64,000 nt of DNA from Octopus sinensis (lineage: Eukaryota): contig NC_043011.1 in the NCBI RefSeq assembly GCF_006345805.1, forward strand, positions 3,472,001 to 3,536,000. Reading direction: 5' to 3'. Of the stretch, positions 51,930 to 64,000 are shown one piece after another; position 1 is the first letter of the stretch, and every line of letters starts with the position of its first letter. The translations under genes and the position numbers were made by a program. The notes below the pieces were generated by a model, which saw only the letters and a program-made list of their open reading frames with translations, did not search any database and was not told where the DNA came from.

Positions 51930-52151
51930 TTACCCTGGGTTTCACATCCATAAAGTGGATGCTTTACAGCATTTCTTTAAACCCTAGGCCTATGGCTTCT
52001 CTAGAAAATGGAGGAGAAAAATACTTTGTTACACTGTCAACAAGAGATTGACTCCCTTTGACAATCCCTTGTTTTCTAGAGAGGCCATAGATCCAAGGTC
52101 TGAAGAAACGTTGTAATGCTAAGCCCTTTATGGATGTGAAAACCAGGGTAA
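51930..52151. mobile_element. Long-TIR palindromic MITE
   Basis: 26-nt outer TIR with 1 mismatch (ttaccctgggtttcacatccataaag) plus a ~45-nt inner arm about 80% paired. Confidence 0.82.
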
Positions 52152-52423
52152 TCCCATAGACCGCCCATATCTATCTTTAAGCTATTCATATATATATATA
52201 TATACTTATCTCCCTCATTACTTAAATGTTAAAATAAATATGTTCTCTAATAGGCAGCATTAACGGCAGTAAATTATTTACTGCAGTTTTTGTTTCCGGA
52301 ATTTAGCGCGCCAGAACTCAGACATTTGAAATTAACCCCAATGTAATCGGTGGAACTAGGCACATGTCTGTTTTTATACGGAAAACTGGTGGTTAGTTTT
52401 ACAAATTATATTGCTTTTGGAAT

Positions 52424-52500
52424 GATCATACTGACGAGTCGTACGGACGAAAGATTACATAAGTGATTTATTCCTTAATAGGCGAAACCGGTTTGCAATT
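52424..52500 (+). ncRNA. Hammerhead-like remnant(s), possibly nested
   Basis: CTGACGA-GTC(GTACG)GAC-GAAA intact but stem III corrupted; a second GAAA-CCGGTT-T-GCAAT at 52484-52499. Confidence 0.45.
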
Positions 52501-52806
52501 AATTCTTGTTTTTTATATAATTTTCATCTGTCTTGCCTGCCTAATTGTTCTGGTGTCCGCTGAATTTTTCTCTAGAGAACATTCTTTCTTTGTAGTTTGA
52601 TCATAGGTGATCTATTTCTAGAATATGGCTGTCCACATAGTGGTTTTTAGCTCTTAAAATATACACACATATATATTTATATATATATATATATACACAC
52701 ATACAAATACATATGTATGTATACATATGTATATGTATGTCCATCCCATCCCATCATGGACAATGGACGTTAAATGATGATGATGATAATGATATATGTG
52801 TGTGTG

Positions 52807-52844
<38 letters not shown>

Positions 52845-53985
52845 CACGCACACACACACACATGTACACACACACACACACATACTATTTCTTTGAAATA
52901 TTAGTGGCTGTAACTGTGAATATTGCACATTTATACATTAAGTACATGCATGCAGAGAAATTTCTTTTGTTTTCATTTTAAATATTTTTATAAAAGAGAA
53001 GAGATATGCATATAAAATATAGCCTTTGAACATAAACCTATTTCCCTTCAATCAAATAGCTTCCAATTTTAAATTGCTCTTTTTCTTTGTTCTTTGCCAA
53101 GTTATAAATGCATATATTTAACCCCTGACACTTATACTTGCATATAACTGAAATTATCCAGGCTGAATTTATCACACTAAGTTGAATGACATAGTTGTTA
53201 TGGAGTAATATGAATGCAAATGTTAGTACACATCAATATACTTAAAGATATATATTAATTAAATACTGTTTTATATTGCTATCAATTAACAATTATTCAG
53301 CTTTGAAGAAACACAGTCCGATCATATTGGGTGTCATTAATGAATTCAAGAAGCCATATCTTCATTTTCTCGAATCCTTCTACACAATGATATCTTTGTT
53401 AGTTCTGAGAGTTATAGATTTACTCGATGAAAGACATAAAAGAAATTCTAACTCTTCATCTATATTCCTTCTTCAGAAATCTATTTACTCACTGAGTACA
53501 GCAACAAGAACTACTCTGAGATAACATATATGTATATATATATACACACATATATATATTCTGGTAACAACAATAACAACTATTACAATAAGTAGTTTAT
53601 TCTGTTATCATTAATGACCAGGAATCTTCTCAAGAACGACTGAAAACTAATCTAATGGTTGTTTTATTCCTTTCCATTTAGGTTTCCTGTTAGTAGCTAT
53701 AATCAAGATAACTTGGTGTTCCGTGATTTGCTTGAAATCTCCGAGAAATACTTTGAGTCCTGAGATTATCATTAGTATTGTTGTGTTAATTTTGCTGCTG
53801 CTCCCCTCCTCTGCCTCTTCCAAAACCACTACCACGACTACTACTATTATTATGCATGAGTTGTATGCTTTATTTGTTAAGGCAGCTGTTTCTTCAAGGA
53901 AATGTTCTTGTGGCTAACCATTGAATCAGAAAGTAGGATTGCAGCTTGTGTTTTATCAGTTCAGCAGGCAGATTGATGCTGTACA

Positions 53986-54419
53986 TTACTCTTTACTCTT
54001 TTACTCTTTTACTTGTTTCAGTCATTTGACTGCGGCCATGCTAGAGCACCGCCTTTAGTCGAGCAAATCGACCCTGGGACTTATTCTTTGTAAGCCCAGT
54101 ACTTATTCTATCGGTCTTTTTTTTCCGAACTGCTAAGTGATGGGGACGTAAACACACCAGCATCGGTTGTCAAGCAATGCTAGAGGGACAAGCACTGACA
54201 CACAAACACATACACATACATACATATATATATATACATATATATACATATATACGACAGGCTTCTTTCAGTTTCCATCTACCAAATCCACTCACAAGGC
54301 TTTGGTCGGCCCGAGGCTATAGCAGAAGACACTTGCCCAAGATGCCATGCAGTGGGACTGAACCCGGAACCATGTGGTTGGTTAGCAAGCTACTTACCAC
54401 ACAGCCACTCCTGCACCTA
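53986..54419 (-). mobile_element. SINE family A, young full length
   Basis: Sequence match. Confidence 0.94.
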
Positions 54420-54447
54420 TGTTCAGAATATAATTTGAACATGAGAT

Positions 54448-54805
54448 TACAAGGGTTGGCTGAAATGTTCACAGGCTAACCAAGATACTTTCATGTAATG
54501 TAACCAAATGGGGTTTATTTTTCAACATAGTTCCCCTTGCGGTCCACATACTTCTTCCATTGATATTGCAGAGCTTGGATCCTGTTGGTGAAGAAGCTTC
54601 CATCCTGTTGGTGAAAAAAGTCATCAACAGAAAATATGATGTCAACATCACTGCAATACTGGTTTCCAGTCAACTGTTTTTTTCCTGTTGGAGGCAGATG
54701 GAACCAAATAAGAATTGGGATGGTTACACACAGCAGCCATTGAAGCCAAACACTTGTGTACTGGAGCATTGTCCTAATAAAGCAAAACCCTTTTCGTCAG
54801 TTATC
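54448..54805 (-). mobile_element. Mariner 3' fragment, same family as 3280-4519
   Basis: TIR tacaagggttggctgaaatgttcacaggctaacc; body homologous to 3281-3620. Confidence 0.85.
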
Positions 54806-54815
54806 CTGGGCATTT

Positions 54816-55297
54816 AGTCTTGGTAGAACAAATTGACCCCAGGACTTTTAAAGCCATGTACTTATTCTGTTGGTCACGTTTTGATAAACCGCTAAGTTAT
54901 GGAGATGTAAACACACTAACAACAGTGCTCAAGCAGTGATGGGGGACAAACAAACACAGACATAAAAACATATAAAAACATATATGGGTGCATGTTTTTA
55001 TGTCTGTGTTTGTTTGTCCCCCATCACCGTGATCACTGTGACCGACCAGGCTATCAGATGTTGCTACACATCGCTGGTCAAAACGCTCTTCGCAAGCAAG
55101 CAGGCCAACAGAAGAAAGAGTGAGAGAAAGTTGCGGCGAAAGAGTACAGCAGGGATCGCCCCCCCCCCTTGCCGAAGCCTCGTGGAGCTTTAGGTGTTTT
55201 CGCGCTCAATAAACACTCACAACACCTGGTCTAGGAATTGAAACCGCGATCCTACAAGCATGAGTTCGCTGCCCTAACCACTGGGCCATTGCACCTC

Positions 55298-55372
<75 letters not shown>

Positions 55373-55417
55373 CACATATATATATATAAATATATACATA
55401 ACATACATACATATATA

Positions 55418-55450
<33 letters not shown>

Positions 55451-55578
55451 ATATACGATGGGCTTCTTTCAATTTCTCTCTACCAAATCCTCTCACTGTG
55501 TTTTCACTTGCCCAATGAACCACACAGTAGGACTGAACCTGGAATTCTGTAGTTGGGAAGCAAGCTTCTTACCACACA
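54816..55578 (-). mobile_element. Older SINE A split by SINE D
   Basis: 3' half at 54816-54990; 5' half at 55452-55578. Confidence 0.8.
55023..55298 (-). mobile_element. tRNA-derived SINE family D
   Basis: Head ggaggtgcaaTGGCCCAGTGGttagggcagcg..GGTTTCAATTCC (A and B boxes); tail repeat cac(a/g)gtgat. Confidence 0.85.
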
Positions 55579-58474
55579 AGAAGAAATCAGTATTTAAGCA
55601 TTTGGTTTTAGTCTGATTTTCTCACTTTGTCTTTATCTACAGACTCATCCTTTTGCTTAGAACATGGTTCATAGATTCTTCTTTTGTTGCCAACTCTTAG
55701 CTGTATTTCAAAGAGATGTTTGGATTTTTCTTAGTTCCCTATACTCTTCAGAACTTCTGAATCTTCTTTTCTTTTTATATATTTGTCATATTTTAGTACC
55801 ATTTTTGTGGTGTTACATGTGTTGTGCAAGACAATGCCATGACTCAATTCAAGGAGCAGGTGATGAACACTAATACAGTTGCTCTTTCCTTATCAAGAAG
55901 TTTTTTTCCTTTATGTCTTGCATGTAACTCCAGTTTTACTTGGTTTTCCAGTTGACTAAGGCCAGCAAAAGTAAGGGTGTGCATGCGCACACATTTGTGT
56001 GTGTAGCTACTGGTTTACTTGGATAAGCATTTGCCATAGACTAGTAAAAGATCTTCTGTCCAGTATAATAAATACAATGTATTTGGCTATAATAATTTCC
56101 TAGGAGAGTTGATATTGTCTGAACTAATTTGACTCAAGCCAGGTTAAGATGCTTTTCAGCCAATGTAAGGACAAAGAGAAGCCAAAAGACTTTGCTGATG
56201 ATAAAGAAATGACTGATGACTTCATCTCTTAACCAGAGGTTGAAAATATTAAAGAGTCTTGGTGATGTGTTGAAGGAGAAGAAATTTTCAGCTCATAAAA
56301 CAGATTATAGTATTCTCAAAGAGATGAAAGAAGAAGTTTATTATTACTGAAAGACACACTTTTTGGCTCTTAAAGGAATACTACAAGCAGAGAAGATGCA
56401 TGTTTTTTGTGAATTTGATAAGATGTTAGTTGATGAACAATCTGCTGAAGATGACCTCATATGAATGTAACTAATTGATGGACTATCAAATTCTGCACTT
56501 TGTCCTAAAACATTAGAACAAAGGCAGTTCCAGAAAATGCTACTGACAAGTTTGTTAGCCATATTCAGCAGTTTGAAAAGATTAAGAATTTTATACTAAA
56601 AGTGTCACATGTACACAAGAACCTACCGGAAAAGTCACATGTAAGTTTTGTGACTATACCCTTCATATGGGTTCCTCATGCAGCAATGGGCAAGTGTCTT
56701 TTATATTATAGACCCAGGCTGACCAGTGTCTTGTGAGTGGATTCTGTGGATGGAAATTGAAGAAAAGCCTTGTTGATCTAATACATATGAATAATACATT
56801 TATGTATATATACATATATATATATATACATATGTACACACATACACACCCATATGTGTGTGCGTGTATTCATGTATGTATGTGTGGGTGTGCATGTGTG
56901 TCTTGATACTTCGTGGCAGCTGTAAAACAATTATCACCATCATACAAATGATGTCATTTGTTTCCATTCTTCCATGAAAACATGTTCAGTATTGGGAAAA
57001 TATTAACTTGATTACGAACAAGTGCAAGGTGGTGCCAGGAATGGCATTCAGCTGTTGGAAATCTGCTTCAATGCATTCTATCTGATCCAGCCAAGCATAG
57101 GAAAGTGAGCATTAAAACGATGAGGATGATGATGATGATGCTTATATGAAGAAAATCCATTTTCAATCTGCTGGTCAATTAGGAAGACATTTGAGAATTT
57201 GCACAAATTTGCTGCTGCTAATACAGGTAGTGACCAGGAATCAAGTAGTGTCTTCACCATTTGGAGCAGTAATGCAAACTCACTGGCTTCCATTAAATTG
57301 AGCAATGTCACTTATTCATTGCACAATCTGACAATAACAAGTGCTTAAAAGGTTAAAAAGCTGAAATAAAAATTTTAAAATAGCACTAAACCTGCATATT
57401 ATGAATTTAGACAACTTCCTGTGCATATATATCCCCTCGTTAAGGTGAAATTAAAGGAAATGATAGATAATAGCTCCACACTTCCTATTTAGATTAAAAA
57501 TCTTTAGTGTTCATATTTCGTCCCAGAAGAGAACTGCCTAAAGTAACATCTGCTAGAATATTATAGTGGGCAAACCAGTTTTTGCTGCTTTTGACTGTGT
57601 GAGTTATAAATAAAAGGCAATACAATTCACCATGCTATTACTGTATCTACAATGGAAGTCAATGAGCCAATAAAGTCAGGTTAGTGGACAACAGAGACAT
57701 CATTTATTTATTGGATGCAAATAGATGTACTGAAAATAGGAAATAGAGGAATTGTGAAATGAAACAAAGAATGATGTAATAAATGGAATAATTGCACTGA
57801 TAAGCAATTAGACAAAGACTCGCTGTTGATAACGAGATTCTTTGCAATGAAAACATCGATGTTTTTGTGGTGATGCAGTAGATTTTCATTAAAGCCATAC
57901 ATGATGGCTTTCAATGTGGAGAATTGCATCTAAAAATAGACTGCGACTAAAAGCATTCTGGTCGAGATCATGTAATGATATTGCAAAGTATGTTTAAGAT
58001 TGCACTAAATGCTGTCAAATCCAACCCATGCCAACATTTCCTGAACATACATGGTCAATAGAAGTAAATCCATGATCATCTATACAAATCGATCATGGCG
58101 ATATTCCTGATTTTACTTTGTTCTTATGTTTTCTGATTGGCTGGGAGACACCAGGGATAACGACTAGTCTCCTAAAACAGTGATCAATGTTCTGAGAGAT
58201 ATTTTTATTAAGAATAGAGTTCTATACTCTTTTACTCTTTTACTTGTTTCAGTCATTTGACTGCGGCCATGATGGAGCACCACCTTTAGTCGAGCAAATC
58301 CACCCCGGGACTTATTCTTTGTAAGCCCAGTACTTATTCTATCAGTCTCTTTTGCCGAACCGCTAAGTGACGGGGACGTAAACACACCAGCATCGGTTGT
58401 CAAGCAATGCTAGAGGGACAAACATATACACACAAACACACACATATATATATATACATATATATATATACTTA

Positions 58475-59640
58475 ATGTCAGTGTAATGTCAGTGTAATGT
58501 CAGTGTTCATAGTCGACAGAGTGTAAGTACCTTGAGAGAAAAGTTGGACCTAAGAGGCATCAGATGTTGTGTGCAAGAGAGACGATTGCACTGGTATGGT
58601 CATGTGGCGAGAATGGATAAAGATAGGTGTGTGAAAAAGTGCCACACCCTGGCAGTTGAGGGGACCTGTGGAAGAGGCAGACCCAGGAAAACCTGAATCG
58701 AGGTGGTGAAGCACGACCTTCGAACTCTAGGTCTCACCAAGGAAATGTCCAGAGACCGAGACCTATGGAAGTATGCTGTGCGTCAGAAGACCCGGCAAGA
58801 CCAGTGAGAACAATCAAAATCAAATCATATATCAGAAACCAGTGGTTAAGTGAACCATCCATTCGTGTCCGCTGCCAGCCTCGTCTGGCACCCGTGTCGG
58901 TGATACGTAAACGCACCATTCGCTCGTGGCTGTTTGCCAGCTCTGTCTGGCCCCCATGTCGGTGGCACATAAAAGCACCATCCGTGTGTGTCAGTTGCCA
59001 GCCTTGCCTGGCCCCGTGCCAGTGACACGTAAAAGCACCATCCGTTCGTGGCCGTTTGCCAGCACTGTCTGGCCCCCGTGTCGGTGGCATGTAAAAGCAC
59101 CATCCGTTCGTGTCCGTTGCCAGCCTCGCCTGGCCCCCGTGCCGGTGACACGTAAAAGCACCATCCGTTCATGGCCGTTTGCCAGCTCTGTCTGGCCCCG
59201 TGTCGGTGGCACGTAAAAGCACCATCCGTTCATGTCCATTGCCAGCCTCGCCTGGCCTCCATGCCGGTGACATGTAAAAGCACCGTCCGTTCGTGGCCAT
59301 TTGCCAGCTCTGTCTGGCCCCATGTCGGTGGCACGTAAAAGCACCATCCGTTCGTGTCCGTTGCCAGCATCACCTGGCCCCGTGCTGGTGACACGTAAAA
59401 GCACCATCCGTTCGTGGCCGTTTGCCAGCTCTGTCTGGCACCTGTGCAGGTGGCACGTAAAAAACACCCACTACACTCACGGAGTGGTTGGCGTTAGGAA
59501 GGGCATCCAGCCATAGAAACACTGCCAGATCTGACTGGGCCTGACGAAGCCTTCCAGCTTCACAGACCCCAGTTGAACCATCCAACCCATGCTAGCATGG
59601 AAAGTGGACGCTAAATGATGATGATGATGATGATGATGAT
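58475..59640 (+). mobile_element. 5'-truncated RTE LINE: ORF C-terminus, 3' UTR array, (GAT)n tail
   Basis: ERRLHWYGHVARMDKDRCVKKC..VEGTCGRGRPRKT..DRDLWK; 7-bp flanking repeat atactta (58468-58474, 59639-59645). Confidence 0.95.
58852..59463 (+). repeat. 10 x ~61-bp tandem array with alternating A/B units (5 x ~122-bp dimers)
   Basis: A units gtgtccgttgccagcctcgcctggc..gtgccggtgacac; B units gtggccgtttgccagctctgtctggc..gtgtcggtggcac. Confidence 0.96.
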
Positions 59641-60612
59641 ACTTATATACGACAGGCTTCTTTCAGTTTCCGTCTACCAAATCCACTCACAAGGCTTTGG
59701 TTTTTCAAACTGCTGTAGATTTCTGTGATGCAGCCTTGTTAAAACGATGTAAGAAGTTAAGCTGCAAACCTTTTAAGATGCCACCATACAATTCAGTGTC
59801 TAGTGGTCAGATTAAAAGAATGATAGAGACTATGAAAGTGAAAGTTAAAGCTTTTTCTAAGCAATATGGATACTTTGATGCCTCTTTATAATGGTTTCTA
59901 CTCAGTTACTGGCCAATTCTCATGATGGAAGAAAGAAAAGGCCTTCAGCATTGATGGGATATCAGATAAGATAACCTCTAATACTGTCTTTTGATATTGA
60001 TATTCCTCTGTGAGATATTCCTAAACCCAATGCAATAACTGGAAAAGCTTGATATCTAATACTGAAGGCCAGAAATATGTCACAAGAGATTAAGAAAAGA
60101 CAAAACATTTGTAGCATACAATGATCAAATAAGAAAAGGATCTGAGGATAATGAAGAAAAGTAAAAGATGTGATTGTAAAGTAAAACTGGAATCAAATCC
60201 AGGTAACCAGAAGACTGGTTTGTAACAACTGATGACAACCCATCATCTTATGAAAGCTAATGATCACTCTAAATGTTTAAATGGTGTTAGTTGAAGCAAA
60301 AGGGTGAGCATGAGAGCTATTTGCAAATGGTATGAGGAAATGTAGTGTCATATTTTTATTATTGTAGTGTTGCACGCCTTTTGGATGACAATGTTAAGTG
60401 ACTCAAACTGATGGTCACATGATAAAGACTGATTAGCATAGCTGTCCTTTCTGCATCAAGAAGTTTCTTACTTCTTGTGGCCAAGGGCTGTTTTATTTAG
60501 TCTTTCAGTTGATTAAGGTCAACAAAAATAAGGTAACACTCATGACTACCTTCACAAATATTTTGTTGTAAGATTGCTTTAAATGGATTGGAATGCTGTC
60601 CAGGACAAGAAA

Positions 60613-61923
60613 TATTAGATCATCTCATAAATAATGCATTTTTTTTTATATTTCTTTTATTTTGCAAAATTAAGATAAACAAAATTCTTTTTTAATTAAA
60701 AATATACTCTCCTTCATTTTCTACAATGGGGCTATGTCTGGTGAATAGGGTGGGTTGGTCATTGGTTCCCATTCAAACTGTTTCGACCTTTGGAATGTCA
60801 TCCTTGCTGTATGTGGCCAAGTATTATTCTGATGGAAGAACACCTTTCGGCTTGAAACCAAAGATGGTTGTTTTTCTTCAAGTGCTGACTTAAGCCACCC
60901 AAGCTGCTCACAGTAGATCTCCTTTGTTATCATTTGGTTTGGGTTTTAAAGTCTAAAGTGTACCAAACTTTTCATATCCAACCAAACAGATAACAACACC
61001 TTATGTGGGTGAAGACCTTCTTAAGCCTGGGATGCCATTGTTTCTCCTTTCCGTATCCACTGCCTTCAGCATTTCTTGTCACCAGTCACTACTCAGTCCA
61101 AAAAAAGGTTCATTCATGTAATGTGACAGGAAAGAACATTCACTCTCTGGACTTGAACTGTTTGTGAGGAACCCATTAACCCTTTCATTACCAACCCGGC
61201 TGAAACCGCCTCTGGCTCTGAGTACAAATGTCTTGTTTTCATAAGTTTTGAATTAAAATCTTCCACCAAACCTTAGTCACACTTTATGTTCCTAACACTA
61301 GCTTAATGATAACGAAGTTATTTTACAAAAATTCGTTGTTATATCTAAAATAATTGAGAGAAACACAGAGCATCTCAAAATAAATACAGTAACGAAAGGG
61401 TTAACTCAATTTGCTGACTTTAACGATGGCATGCAGGCGTCAGTGAATAATTGAATGACCAAATCCAAGCTTCTCTGATAGTTCCTCAACAGTTATCATG
61501 AGATTTTGTCCCACCAGGGTTTGTAGGACGTCCTTGTCAAGCTCTATAGGTCTTCCAGGATGAGGCATGTCTTCAAGGCTGTAGTTTTGGCTTGGAATTT
61601 CTGGAACCACTGTTGACACTGGCTTACGCTTATTATCCAATCCCCATATACTGTATTAATATTCCTCGCACTTTTCATTGCATTGTTTCTTTTATTGAAC
61701 ACAGAAAACAAAATATGCTGAATATGCTTTGTCACTTCCATTATAGCTTTGAAAAAATAACTGTTAAAATCGAACTGCATTCTTCAAAACTTGCAGAGAA
61801 TAAGGACAAGGTAAAATTACTACCTGCTTTTATATCAACTTGGTACAGGTAGTTTATCCTATCCTCCTCCAACTTTTAGCTCATGCAACTTCAAAAGCTG
61901 CATTATTTATGGGATGACCCAAT
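60613..61923 (-). mobile_element. Full-span mariner relic interrupted by a piggyBac MITE
   Basis: TIR attgggtcatcccataaataatgc at both ends; YCEQL..L..ALEEK.P.LV..KVFFHQNNTWPHTA..PPYSPDIAP; N-terminal HTH WFQKF..LEDMPHPGRP. Confidence 0.93.
61176..61404. mobile_element. piggyBac-type MITE, copy 4 (opposite orientation), TTAA duplicated
   Basis: TTAA at 61176-61179 and 61401-61404. Confidence 0.92.
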
Positions 61924-62468
61924 GCTATCTATTTAGTATTAGCACATAATACATAATTTCCCTTATTAGGCAAACAGTCTTCACAACTAATTAGACTCCT
62001 CCTTTTTTTTTACTTTGCACAGTTCTTTATAAGTACATCAATTTTAATATGTAATGCCTCATGCATGTTCATTATTTTTTAAGATTTCCAATGTAAAATA
62101 TATTTTCATTTTCTAGTCCATTTTGAGATTCCTGCAAAATGTACCAAAAGAGCCGTAGCTCCTCTCTCAATAACTACACTCTTAATTTTACCATTCAGCT
62201 TACATGTAAACAGCAACTTTAATCGTCTGAAATGTTCCTTTTTGAAAAAGCTTCTAACTGTTAATTTCCTATATCTTTTTTAGTTCTGATTTAAGTAAGT
62301 TGTTTATAGTTCTCTCTCTACTTACCTGTTTTTATCATTTCTTTGTTTGGTAATTGTATCTTGTTACTTTCCCCTTATATTTCTTCTATTCATTATTAAA
62401 CTTCCACGTTTGCTCATCACAAATTCCATCCTACTATCTTCATAAAATCCATGTACTGTTTGTATATT

Positions 62469-62570
62469 TCAAGAGCCTATTTGCTTTTCATTCCGAGCAA
62501 ACAGTTTCAAGTCATCCATAAAAAGAAAATGTGCTACTTTATGTTGCATATATCTACTATTTACCATTCT
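62469..62570 (-). mobile_element. R4-like RT active-site fragment
   Basis: [18 protein letters not shown]. Confidence 0.8.
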
Positions 62571-62654
62571 TGAAGAGAAGCAGCATTTAAAGTATATGGA
62601 CAAACACAATACTTGCATACACATGCACACACAGATACAGAAAGAAAAAGAGAA

Positions 62655-62980
<326 letters not shown>

Positions 62981-63779
62981 ACATAACCACAAAACAATAC
63001 ACGCTATGCCTACTCACATGCATATTAGCACAAATACATATACACACATGTGGGAAGGAATAAAAACCACATCAATAAAAGAAAGAAGTGCTGTCATTTG
63101 AACATCGCTAAACCATTTATCAGAGAAAGTTAGGTTCAATACATTTCTGAAAAGTTGCAGTCTTCCCATATTTACAAGCTCTACACCTGATTTCAAATTG
63201 CTCTCTATTTGAAAAGATATTTTACACATGACAGGTTCTAGCTTTCAAAAATTGTCAATGAAATGGTTATCACTATTAAGATGTTTCAACAGAATCTTGT
63301 TATGTTTTCGTATCTATTACGTTTTTCTAGTTTTATGTATGTATTTACAGTCACATGTATAGACATGTGGTTAAGACATTTACATGTAACTACATGGTCC
63401 TGTTTGATTCTACTATACAGACACCTTGGAAAAGTGTCCTCTATTGTTGGTTGAGCATGACCAACACCATGTGAATGTAATTTAGTTCACGCAAACTGTG
63501 TTGTTGTATTTTACACACACATGTGTGCATGGATGCACACACATACATATGCATGCACATCTATGTGTGCGCATACATGCACGCATGTGTGTGTGTTTGT
63601 GTGTATAGTAGAATGTTGAGCTGCATCCCTCTATCTGTAAAGGGAACTTATTGCCTTTAATAAATAGAGAGTGAGTAAAGAATGCTACTGGGGTTCATAT
63701 GACTCATTAAAACTCTTAAAGATTTTCTCCAGCATGGCCATAGTGCCGTGATTGAACTGAGTGAAAAAAGAACATACCG

Positions 63780-63930
63780 TTAATGTTATTAGTAGATTTG
63801 ATGAATAGTTAGAGTGTCAGACAGTATTTGTCCTACGCCTTTTTGCTCCAATTTCAAATCCAATCAAAGTTTTTTTGCCTTTCATCCCTTTCAAGCGAAT
63901 AAAACAAAGGTTGGTTGTCTCAACTAACCT
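63780..63930 (+). mobile_element. Degenerate SINE B
   Basis: tttcaaatccaatcaaagttttttgcctttcatccctttc. Confidence 0.55.
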
Positions 63931-64000
63931 CTCTTCCCCAAAACCATTGGATTTGTGTCTCAATTAGAAACCATTATTGTTAATATCAATATTATTATTG

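Larger units (their letters stand above)
58225..59701 (-). mobile_element. 5'-truncated SINE A inserted in the integrase and itself split by an RTE
   Basis: Tail at 58225-58470; resumes at 59646-59701. Confidence 0.92.
55810..60550 (+). mobile_element. Highly decayed Ty3/gypsy LTR retrotransposon
   Basis: gag-like EDDLI..LIDGLSNS (56440-56520); integrase HHCC/core AIHDG..FW...DIAKYV*DCTKC..IQIDH (57870-58220), resuming TAVDFCD..PPYNSVSSGQIKRMIETMK (59700-59890); AYNDQIRK (~60110); weak LTR-like direct repeats ~55810-55990 and ~60365-60550. Confidence 0.78.

Noticed and set aside
52099-52115. CTGAAGA followed by AAACG as a hammerhead
   Set aside because: No stem II between the motifs; part of the MITE arm.
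56344-56562. Minus-strand ORFs at 56344 and 57078 as host exons
   Set aside because: They are the antisense of the gypsy gag/pol relic.
58734-59585. Repeat-containing ORFs of up to 158 aa, and CRISPR-like periodicity
   Set aside because: These are translations of the RTE 3' UTR array. The units are contiguous ~61-mers with no unique spacers and no cas genes, in eukaryotic DNA.

Overview
AT-rich, repeat-saturated eukaryotic DNA with many (TA)n/(CA)n microsatellites. The SINE, LINE and Penelope content resembles what I recall from Octopus (coleoid cephalopod) genomes; this is inference, no search was run. No host protein-coding gene can be identified with confidence; there is only a tentative set of minus-strand exons at 34.8-45.5 kb. 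Nearly all long ORFs in the track are microsatellite artefacts or transposon relics. Supported content: four tRNA-derived SINE families (about 20 copies or fragments of the dominant one); Penelope-like element (PLE) relics, including an open GIY-YIG endonuclease frame; RTE, R4/Dong-like and CR1/L2-like LINE fragments; five mariner remnants and one Tc1 remnant; a decayed Ty3/gypsy element carrying a three-level nested insertion; piggyBac-type, hAT-type and telomere-repeat-bearing MITEs; a probable Helitron; and a U2 snRNA fragment. The most notable signal is RNA-structural. There are four intact-looking minimal type I hammerhead ribozymes from three sequence families, each with a palindromic stem III; three of them are tied to inverted repeats. 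There are also several decayed hammerheads, a cluster of long fold-backs, and a 10-unit alternating array in an RTE 3' UTR whose stems are conserved while loops vary. Coordinates were read by eye and may be off by a few bases.
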